Under the pieces are notes generated by a model, which was given only the letters and a program-made list of their open reading frames with translations, ran no database searches and had not been told where the DNA came from. A stretch of 43,852 bases of DNA from an archaeon (GTDB lineage: Archaea; Aenigmatarchaeota; Aenigmatarchaeia; CG10238-14; SCSR01): assembly GCA_035288545.1 (NCBI GenBank), contig DATEAB010000011.1, forward strand, positions 1 to 43,852, given 5' to 3'. Shown piece after piece: positions 26,784 to 33,741 of this stretch (positions are counted from its first letter, which is position 1; every line of letters starts with the position of its first letter). The position numbers and the translations under genes were made by a program.

Positions 26784-27775
26784 TTAAAATGACAAATAAA
26801 AAAGACATTTCAATCGAAGACATTCCAGGAGTAGGAGAGAAGACTGCCGAGAAGTTGCGTTCGGTTGGTTACACAGATTTGATGAGCATTGCAGTTATGC
26901 CGGCGAGCGATCTGGCTGCAATAGCGGAAATTGGTGAGGGACAGGCGCAAAAAATTATTTCTCAAGTTCGCGAGATGCTTGACATCGGTTTTGAGACAGC
27001 TGATAGAGTTGCAGAGAAAAAGAAAACTGCTGCAAAAATCACGACAGGAAGCAAAAATCTTGATGCAATTTTCGGCGGTGGAATTGAAACCCAGGCGATA
27101 ACAGAAAGTTATGGAGCATTTGGCAGCAGCAAATCTCAACTTGCATTTCAACTGGCAGTTAATGTACAGTTGCCACAAAGCAAAGGCGGTCTCGCAAGAA
27201 ATGTTTTGTTTATTGACACGGAAAACACGTTTTCGCCGACAAGAATAGTTAGCATGGCAAAGGCCTCTGGACTTGATCCAGAAAAAGTTTTGAAGAACAT
27301 TTACATTGCAAGAGCCTATAATTCGGAACACCAAATTCTTTTGCTCGAAAAAGCGCAGGAAATGATTGAAGAGAAAAACATCGGTTTGGTTATCATTGAC
27401 TCACTGACATCGCATTTCAGGTCCGACTTCGTTGGACGAGGTGAGCTGGCTGAGCGTCAGCAAAAACTAAACAAGCACTTACATAACTTGCAGAGACTGG
27501 CAGATGCGCACAACCTCGCGATTTACATTACAAACCAAGTTATGGCTGACCCGTCAGTTTTGTTTGGCGATCCGTTGCGCCCAATCGGGGGTCACGTTTT
27601 GGCACATCAAAGCACATATAGAATTTACGTTAGACGAGGAAGAGAAGGCATGCGTGTGGCGAAAATGGTAGATGCACCAAACTTGATTGAGGCAGAGGCT
27701 GTTTTCAAAATAACTGAGGACGGTATTCGCGATCCTGACTACGAGCCTGTGTCTGTGCAGCCGAAGAAAGAGTAA
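26780..27775 (+). CDS. radA: DNA repair and recombination protein RadA
   Basis: HhH IEDIPGVGEKTAEKL, a Walker A-like GAFGSSKS, Walker B LVIIDSLTSHFR, plus ERQQKL and PIGGHVLAH. It is co-linear with Pyrococcus RadA along its whole length. Confidence 0.95.
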   Translation: MIKMTNKKDISIEDIPGVGEKTAEKLRSVGYTDLMSIAVMPASDLAAIAEIGEGQAQKIISQVREMLDIGFETADRVAEKKKTAAKITTGSKNLDAIFGGGIETQAITESYGAFGSSKSQLAFQLAVNVQLPQSKGGLARNVLFIDTENTFSPTRIVSMAKASGLDPEKVLKNIYIARAYNSEHQILLLEKAQEMIEEKNIGLVIIDSLTSHFRSDFVGRGELAERQQKLNKHLHNLQRLADAHNLAIYITNQVMADPSVLFGDPLRPIGGHVLAHQSTYRIYVRRGREGMRVAKMVDAPNLIEAEAVFKITEDGIRDPDYEPVSVQPKKE

Positions 27776-27799
27776 AAAATATCAATCTAGGGTAATCGA

Positions 27800-28081
27800 A
27801 TGACAATGGAAGATGAAATGATTGGTGCTGCTAACTTGGTTGCAGCAGCTTACGAAAGACTTAATGCACAAAATTCTGGTCATGAATTATTGAAATATGT
27901 GAAAATTACAAGAAAAAGTATTAAAATTTCAGATGAACATGTAAAAGAATTTGATGAAAAATTTTCAGACACAAACAGAGGTTTGGGTGGTCGCGGTCAT
28001 GATTACGTACCTGAAATTTGCCATCCTATTTTTCAACTAGTACGGTATGAAAGAGCATTAAGTGAAGCAGCTAAAAACTAA
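27800..28081 (+). CDS. Hypothetical small protein (ORF-B)
   Basis: 93-aa ORF in the radA-bud32 spacer. My hand count gives about 34% G+C, against about 50% in a 120-nt radA sample. No motif recognised. Confidence 0.5.
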   Translation: MTMEDEMIGAANLVAAAYERLNAQNSGHELLKYVKITRKSIKISDEHVKEFDEKFSDTNRGLGGRGHDYVPEICHPIFQLVRYERALSEAAKN

Positions 28082-28110
28082 TTTTCTATAACAATACGAA
28101 TAAGATAGAT

Positions 28111-28752
28111 ATGGAAATTATCAAGCGAGGAGCAGAAGCAATTCTTTACATCAACACTTTTGAGGACCAGAAAGTTCTTGTTAAAGAAAGAATAAAGAAG
28201 AATTATCGCATTTTGCAGATTGATGAGAAAATTCGGAGGCTGAGGACGAGGAAAGAAGTCAAGCTGATGACAGCTGCGAGAAAAATCGGCGTGCTGACCC
28301 CGACTATTCTGCATGTCGACTACCCGAAAAACAAGATTTACATGGAGTTTATCGACGGAACTGTTGTGAAGGATTTTCTCAACTCGACTGCCGTGACGGA
28401 AAGGCAAATAAAAGAAGTTTGCGAGAAGATAGGAACGGCGATTGGCAAGTTGCATTCGACAAATATTTTTCATGGCGACTTGACGACGAGCAACATGATT
28501 CTGCGTGGGGAGGAGCTGTACTTTATTGACTTCGGGCTTGGCGAATACTCTAGACGCATAGAGGACAAGGGGGTTGATATGAACCTGCTATACGAAGCAC
28601 TGTCGTCAACGCATTTCAAAATTTTAAGTTTGTGCTGGCAAACAATAATTAAGGCTTACAGTAAAGAATATAAAGAAGCGGAAGCAGTTATTGAGAAGGT
28701 GAAGGAAATTGAAGCTCGGGCTAGGTATGCTAAGAGGAAAGGACAGGTATGA
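28111..28752 (+). CDS. bud32: Bud32/PRPK-type atypical kinase (KEOPS subunit)
   Basis: IKRGAEAILY, catalytic loop HGDLTTSNMIL and YFIDFGL. The size (213 aa) is typical. Confidence 0.9.
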   Translation: MEIIKRGAEAILYINTFEDQKVLVKERIKKNYRILQIDEKIRRLRTRKEVKLMTAARKIGVLTPTILHVDYPKNKIYMEFIDGTVVKDFLNSTAVTERQIKEVCEKIGTAIGKLHSTNIFHGDLTTSNMILRGEELYFIDFGLGEYSRRIEDKGVDMNLLYEALSSTHFKILSLCWQTIIKAYSKEYKEAEAVIEKVKEIEARARYAKRKGQV

Positions 28753-28945
28753 GACTGCCGAGAAGTACAGTATAGCAGGCATTTTGTTTGGTGCGCTGCT
28801 TCTTGCTGCTGGTATCGGTCTGACTACGCTCTCAACGACCGGCTTTCCTGTCATAATGGCAATGCTCGGAAGCTTTATCGCATTTGTCGGGACGATTGCA
28901 CTTATTGTCGTGTGGCTATGGTCGGAATTTTCTGGTGCTGAATAA
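28727..28945 (+). CDS. Small two-TM membrane protein
   Basis: Two hydrophobic helices (IAGILFGALLLAAGIGL and IMAMLGSFIAFVGTIALIVVWLW). ATG 28727 overlaps the bud32 3' end by 26 nt. The tracked start at 28709 is TTG. Confidence 0.5.
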   Translation: MLRGKDRYETAEKYSIAGILFGALLLAAGIGLTTLSTTGFPVIMAMLGSFIAFVGTIALIVVWLWSEFSGAE

Positions 28946-28969
28946 TTTTTCATGTGAATGGTGAAAAAA

Positions 28970-29431
28970 ATGGCAAGGATGCATTCTCGAAAGAAAGGAC
29001 GACACGGAAGCAAGCGCCCACCGGTAAAGATGCTGCCGAAATGGGCTCGCGCGAACAAAAAGGATGTTGAAGAAACAATTCTCAAGTTGGCAAAAGAGCG
29101 TTACAATTCTGCTGTCATCGGCCAGATATTGCGTGACCAGTACGGAATTCCAAATGTGAAGATGCTGATAGGAAAAACCGTGACGCAGGTGATGAAAGAG
29201 AATAATTCTTATCCAAGCATACCTGAGGACATGCTCAGTCTGCTGAAGAAGGCCGTGCTGGTGCGATCGCACATGGAAAAGCACAGACAGGACTACCACT
29301 CACAACACGGATTGCAAAATCTCGAATCGAAAATCAGACGTCTTGGCAAGTATTACTCTAGAACAGGCGTACTGCCGAAGGGCTGGAAATACAGTCCAGA
29401 AGAAGCAAAGCTGCTTGTACAGAAAGGCTAA
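28970..29431 (+). CDS. rps15p: 30S ribosomal protein S15P (uS15/S13e)
   Basis: MARMHSRKKGRHGS...IGQILRDQYGIP...HLEKH-like HMEKHRQDYHS...RRLGKYY. I place the start at Met5 of the tracked ORF. Confidence 0.92.
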   Translation: MARMHSRKKGRHGSKRPPVKMLPKWARANKKDVEETILKLAKERYNSAVIGQILRDQYGIPNVKMLIGKTVTQVMKENNSYPSIPEDMLSLLKKAVLVRSHMEKHRQDYHSQHGLQNLESKIRRLGKYYSRTGVLPKGWKYSPEEAKLLVQKG

Positions 29432-29465
29432 AAAGTATTTAAGCTTAATTTCATTCTTAAATAGC

Positions 29466-29744
29466 ATGTCAGCCGAAATAAACGAGCCTGTAGTTTTAAT
29501 AGTCAAAAAAGAATACGCAGACCAAGTTCTCAAAAAATTGAAAGAAGAAACTACAATGGAATTTCAAGATAAGAATATGGCAACAATAATAGGTGATGCG
29601 CAAGTATTTTTAGCAAGGTCTGGATATGTAGCAATGGTTTTAAATTTATTTTCCAGATCAACTTATGGCGAAAATTCTGGAAGAAGGTTAGAAGACACTA
29701 ATGTTGGAAAAGCAACTCTTTATAAAACGCCTCAACAATCTTAA
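29466..29744 (+). CDS. Hypothetical small protein (ORF-C)
   Basis: 92-aa AT-rich ORF in the spacer between rps15 and the GAN/RecJ gene. The tracked 29343 start would overlap rps15 out of frame, so Met42 (29466) is more plausible. No motif recognised. Confidence 0.45.
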   Translation: MSAEINEPVVLIVKKEYADQVLKKLKEETTMEFQDKNMATIIGDAQVFLARSGYVAMVLNLFSRSTYGENSGRRLEDTNVGKATLYKTPQQS

Positions 29745-29779
29745 ATCTCTTCTCAAACTTCTAAAGTAATAGAAAAGAT

Positions 29780-31159
29780 ATGTTCGAAGAGCAAGTGCAA
29801 AGAACATCAAAAATTTTCAAGGCCGTAGCGAAACAGAAGAAGGTTAAGCTGTTTTCGCATCTCGATGCTGACGGGCTTTGTTCAGCAGCCATTATGACAA
29901 AGATGATGCTTAGAGAAGGAATTAATTTTGAGTTGAAGATTGCCAAGCAACTGACAAGAGACGTTATAGAAAAAATTGAAGCTGGAGAGAATGATATTTT
30001 GCTTTTTACCGATTTAGGCAGCGGACAGTTGAAAGAATTGCAGAAGTTTTTCGACAAGACGCAGGTTTTCGTTCTCGACCATCACGAGCCGCAGAAAATC
30101 GCGCACATAAATTTGTTTCATATGAACCCACTTGCCTTTGCTGAAGAAGGAATCAGCAGTTCGATGATCAGTTATCTTTTCGCAAGAAACATCAACGCGG
30201 CGAACGGGAATTTGGTTGACCTTGCGACTGTCGGAGCGGTCGGTGACGAGCAAGACGAGAAGTGGGAGTTCAAGGGATTTGCACGCAAGATCGTTGAAGA
30301 AGGAGAAATTTTGGGAAAGATAAAAATCAGCAAAGGAATGCGCCTATACGGTCGCAACACAAGACCGATTCACAAAGCACTTGCAAACAGTTTCGACCCT
30401 TTCATTCCTGGGATAAGCGGAGACGAATCAGCAGCAGTCCAGTTTTTGTCCGAGCTTGGAATTGACGTGAAAAATAATGATGAATGGAAAAAACTGAAAG
30501 ACCTGACAACGGAGGAACAGCAGAAGCTTGCATCGGCAATAATCATCGAAAGGATGAAACTCACTGACGCAGCGGCAGAGGATATTTTCGGCGACAACTA
30601 TACGCTTGTCGGCAGGTCGCTCGAGCTGGGAGATGCGAGAGAGTTTGCGACTTTGCTGAATGCGTGCGGACGACTCGGGCGGTATGACGTTGCTTTGAGA
30701 ATTTGCCTGAACGACGCGACTGCTGTGCTGCTCGCGAATGAGATTTTGGAACAATACAGAATGATTTTGAGCCAGTCGCTTGAGATTTTCCGCGCTAATC
30801 CGCAGATTGCTGACAAGACGAAATTTGCAAACTATCTGCTTTTTGGAAGTATGATTCCGGACACCATTGTCGGGACGATAACTTCTATCGCGCTGAACTC
30901 GGAGATGATTGACAAGACGAAGCCAGTGCTGGCGTTTGTTGACACGGAAAACGATATGGTGAAGATTTCTGCACGTGTTGGAAAGGGAAGCAGCGAAGTA
31001 AAGAATATAAACCTTCGCGACGTTGTAGTTTTTGCTGCAGCCGCGGTCGATGGCGAAGGCGGCGGACACAAGCTTGCTGCCGGCGCATTGATTGCCAAAG
31101 GAAAGGAAAAGGAATTTATTAAAGCTGCTGATAATGTTATAGAAGAACAATTACGATAA
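29780..31159 (+). CDS. DHH-family RecJ-like nuclease (archaeal GAN/Cdc45-like)
   Basis: DHH motifs HLDADGLCSAA, FTDLGSG and VLDHH. DHHA1 motif GGGHKLAAGA. It sits between rps15 and rps3ae, a neighbourhood I recall as commonly reported for archaeal GAN genes. Confidence 0.88.
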   Translation: MFEEQVQRTSKIFKAVAKQKKVKLFSHLDADGLCSAAIMTKMMLREGINFELKIAKQLTRDVIEKIEAGENDILLFTDLGSGQLKELQKFFDKTQVFVLDHHEPQKIAHINLFHMNPLAFAEEGISSSMISYLFARNINAANGNLVDLATVGAVGDEQDEKWEFKGFARKIVEEGEILGKIKISKGMRLYGRNTRPIHKALANSFDPFIPGISGDESAAVQFLSELGIDVKNNDEWKKLKDLTTEEQQKLASAIIIERMKLTDAAAEDIFGDNYTLVGRSLELGDAREFATLLNACGRLGRYDVALRICLNDATAVLLANEILEQYRMILSQSLEIFRANPQIADKTKFANYLLFGSMIPDTIVGTITSIALNSEMIDKTKPVLAFVDTENDMVKISARVGKGSSEVKNINLRDVVVFAAAAVDGEGGGHKLAAGALIAKGKEKEFIKAADNVIEEQLR

Positions 31160-31219
31160 GGAAGAAGAGCGATAAAAAAACGGTAAGGCAAAAAGAAAAG
31201 GTGTCGGTGGAAAAGAAAT

Positions 31220-31792
31220 ATGGCAGCCACTAAGGCAAAGGGAAAGGGAAAGGGAAAAGCAAAGGAATGGTACTCGTTGATAGCTCCGAGACTTTTCGGC
31301 GAAAGCGAGATAGGAAGGACGATGGCATCTGACCCGGACAAGCTTGCTGGTCGTCGTATAAGCCTGAGCTTGATAGAGGTTGCAAACAACCCTTCGAAAT
31401 TTTACATGAAATTCACTTTCAAGGTGAAGAAGGTCGACGGGACGAAGGCGTTTGTCGATTTTGACGGATCTGAAATTCTGCACGACTACATTTCACGAAT
31501 GATTTTGCGGCACGTGCGAAGAATTGACACAGTGCAGGACTTGACGACGAAGGATGGGGTTAAGATTCGCGTGAAAGGCCTGGCAATCATTTCGAGAAGG
31601 ATAAAGAGCAGCATCGCAGGAAAAATAAGAAACCAGATAAGGGAGATGATGAAGGAAGGCGTGGAGAACTCCAGTTTCGAGGATTTTGTGGAAAAGATCA
31701 TGACGGACGAAATAAAGATGACGATACTGCGCACGGCGCGTCGGACTTATCCTGTAAGAAATTTTGAGATAAGAAAGACAGAAATTCTTTAA
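31220..31792 (+). CDS. rps3ae: 30S ribosomal protein S3Ae (eS1)
   Basis: KGKGKGKAKEWYSLIAPRLFG...FYMKFTFKV...VKIRVKGLAI, the typical eS1 pattern. Confidence 0.92.
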   Translation: MAATKAKGKGKGKAKEWYSLIAPRLFGESEIGRTMASDPDKLAGRRISLSLIEVANNPSKFYMKFTFKVKKVDGTKAFVDFDGSEILHDYISRMILRHVRRIDTVQDLTTKDGVKIRVKGLAIISRRIKSSIAGKIRNQIREMMKEGVENSSFEDFVEKIMTDEIKMTILRTARRTYPVRNFEIRKTEIL

Positions 31793-31828
31793 CTTTATTT
31801 TAAATACTTCGTTTAATAAAAAAACTTT

Positions 31829-32128
31829 ATGACCATGGTTATATTAAATAAGTTAAAAGAAAAAGCAGCAGCTACCTATAGACGGTATGGAACAGTTGAA
31901 ATTACAGAACAATACTTACTAAATAGGGAAAATCGAAACTTGACATCTAAAGAAAAATTTATAGCTTTTACATACGAAGACAGAAGAAATTCAATCATTT
32001 CAAGAGTAGCGCACATAATTTTTTTGACGTCAGTGCCTCCATATTTCAGAGAAGTAGCAAAATATGTGGCACACAAGAAATGGAAATTGGGACAACTGCA
32101 GGAAATGCGCGTAAGAGATTTATTTTAA
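31829..32128 (+). CDS. Hypothetical small protein (ORF-D)
   Basis: 99-aa AT-rich ORF after rps3ae with TATA-like sequences upstream. No motif recognised. Confidence 0.45.
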   Translation: MTMVILNKLKEKAAATYRRYGTVEITEQYLLNRENRNLTSKEKFIAFTYEDRRNSIISRVAHIIFLTSVPPYFREVAKYVAHKKWKLGQLQEMRVRDLF

Positions 32129-32131
32129 TTT

Positions 32132-33283
32132 TTAAAGAACGTAAGGACCGAGAATGTTGATGAGGATAATTGCGAAAGTTATTATCGAAAGACCGTTGAC
32201 CAGACTCGGCATGTTCTTCTTGAAAATGACTTTGAAAATTTCCTCGTAGACTAGGCCACCGTCAAGCGGTTTTATTGGCAAGAGGTTGACAAGACCGATG
32301 CCGATGTTGAGGAAGGCAACCCACACGAAGAGCCGGTAAAACCATTCTATAGAGCCGCTGAAAACGCCTGCCTGGGAAGTGACGGAGAAGAAGGTGAACG
32401 GATTGGCAATTCCGATATAACTTTGGTCGGGTTTGTCAGGGCTTGCAGCTGTTGCAAAGCGGAACTCGCCTTCTGTGGTTTTTATTACGGCGAACTGTCC
32501 GGGTCGGACGTTGCCCATTACAGCGCGGAAATCGTCGGTGTTGTGAATTTTCTGGTCGTTTATTTCAACTATCACTCCTTTCAAGCTGGCTGCCATCGCC
32601 GGCGAGCTGTCGACCAACGACTCGTAGCTGACGCCGCTCTGTATGTAAAAAGTCTGGAAAATTGCCATGGAAATGACAGTCGCAAGCGCGAAGATGAGGA
32701 TGTTCGCGAAGCTGCCTGCGGCGTAGATTTTTAGTTTCGTCATGCTGCTGCTCTTCTTCAGCTGGCGTTCGTCTGGCTCGACAAACGCTCCTGGCAGAAC
32801 GACAAGCGACAGCAGTCCAAACGATTTGATTTTTATGTTTTCAGCCCTCGAAACGAACGCGTGCGCGAGCTCGTGCGACAAAAGGACGATGAGCACTCCG
32901 ATTATCCAGTACCAGAAAGGCACGCACAGCGCGTAACTGCAGATTGTTGTCGAAGGCACGCTTGGGATTATTGGCTGCAGGCCTGGGCGTGCTTGGTCAG
33001 GGTTTGCCAAGATGCTGTAGCCCGACTGGATGATGAGGTAAAAAGAGCCGAGTGAAGCTATGATTCCGACTACGAGCGCGGCGTAGCCGAAGATGCTGAA
33101 AAAGGTTTTGTGCGCGTCGCCGACTTTGTAGATCCATTCCTTTCCCTTGTGCATGCGCCTGATCAGCACTCCGTACTTGAACTCAATGTTTTTCCTGTCG
33201 CGGATCGCCAGAATGACAAGGAGGATAAGAAAGGCTATTGTCGACAGGCTCTCGAAGTCTGTTGGGATAGGAAAATTCGCCAT
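32132..33283 (-). CDS. Site-2 protease family (M50) membrane metalloprotease with an internal PDZ-like domain
   Basis: HELAHAF (HExxH) within a TM segment, NLLPIKPLDGG (the second metal-ligand motif), and a soluble insert between them. Confidence 0.88.
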   Translation of the reverse strand: MANFPIPTDFESLSTIAFLILLVILAIRDRKNIEFKYGVLIRRMHKGKEWIYKVGDAHKTFFSIFGYAALVVGIIASLGSFYLIIQSGYSILANPDQARPGLQPIIPSVPSTTICSYALCVPFWYWIIGVLIVLLSHELAHAFVSRAENIKIKSFGLLSLVVLPGAFVEPDERQLKKSSSMTKLKIYAAGSFANILIFALATVISMAIFQTFYIQSGVSYESLVDSSPAMAASLKGVIVEINDQKIHNTDDFRAVMGNVRPGQFAVIKTTEGEFRFATAASPDKPDQSYIGIANPFTFFSVTSQAGVFSGSIEWFYRLFVWVAFLNIGIGLVNLLPIKPLDGGLVYEEIFKVIFKKNMPSLVNGLSIITFAIILINILGPYVL

Positions 33284-33741
33284 GATAACTCACTTTTTAA
33301 CACACTTTTAATTGCTTTTTGCTAAACTTTTGTTAAACTTTGTTGAAAATACTTAGAAATCTAACGCATTATATCTTTATAAATTTGCTTTTTTCTAGTG
33401 GTTACGCTTTGAAAAATATATTTTCAACAATAGAAATTCGTTTATATACTATTTCCGAAATTCATTTTCGCTATAATTTGCTCTTCTAAAATTTAGAGTG
33501 GGTTAAAACAGTGGAGAATACATCTGACGTTGAATCTGACGTTATATTTGATGTCAATTTGGCAAATTTAGCATCGTTTGGGAGTAAATTTCAATGCAGA
33601 GACATTGCGGTGTCAGCTTTGCACCAGCTGCACGGAGAAGCAGAAATACGTCCGTCGCTTTCGTTGGTCGTATAACTACTTTTGCTACTAATTCTTCTAT
33701 CTTCTCGACAAGCTTTCGGGGTTGCTGAGGACTGATGAGTT
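33284..33741. promoter_or_regulatory. Long AT-rich divergent intergenic region (M50 protease / nrdJ), with several TATA-like boxes and a more GC-rich proximal ~150 nt
   Basis: 458 nt without a convincing ORF. TATA-like elements occur at about 33375 (tttataaa), about 33443 (tttatata) and about 33470 (ctataat). It is the longest non-coding stretch in an otherwise tightly packed window. Confidence 0.5.
33522..33543 (+). repeat. Tandem direct repeat ATCTGACGTT x2 (12-nt period)
   Basis: ATCTGACGTT at 33522-33531 and again at 33534-33543, separated by GA. A related TGATGTCA lies 8 nt downstream. Confidence 0.9.

Noticed and set aside
30428-31150. 240-aa minus-strand ORF antisense to the RecJ/GAN gene. 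Similar long antisense ORFs occur at 37252-37863 (in nrdJ), 26810-27334 (in radA), 25323-25805 (in RPA), 9678-10232 and 9883-10356 (in the C-methyltransferase) and 30832-31389.
   Set aside because: Each lies entirely inside a strongly supported gene on the other strand. Their compositions are biased and low-complexity (Ser/Leu/Arg/Cys-rich) and they carry no motifs. They are typical shadow ORFs of real coding frames.
31235-31260. Hexanucleotide repeat (aaaggg/gaaagg x3) at the 5' end of rps3ae.
   Set aside because: It is in frame and encodes the KGKGKGK basic N-terminal tail typical of eS1. This is coding low complexity, not a regulatory repeat.
33594-33731. 44-codon plus-strand ORF (MQRHCGVSFAPAARRSRNTSVAFVGRITTF...) in the nrdJ leader, considered as a leader peptide.
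   Set aside because: No Shine-Dalgarno-like or promoter context, and the composition is odd. It is most simply explained as a chance ORF in a more GC-rich non-coding stretch.
33284-33741. Cobalamin riboswitch upstream of the B12-type RNR.
   Set aside because: I could not find the conserved B12-box (GCCACTG-like) or the GGGAA/GGTG core elements on either strand. Riboswitches of this class are also not expected in front of nrdJ in archaea. An Infernal scan would be decisive.
33284-33741. Replication origin: a long AT-rich spacer near replication and repair genes, with one ORB-like element (ACAGTGGAGAAT at about 33508-33519, resembling a mini-ORB CCAGTGGAAA).
   Set aside because: There is only a single imperfect ORB-like match, with no inverted partner copies. 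No orc1/cdc6 gene is adjacent in the window. The evidence is insufficient, although GC-skew analysis and a genome-wide ORB search could revisit it.
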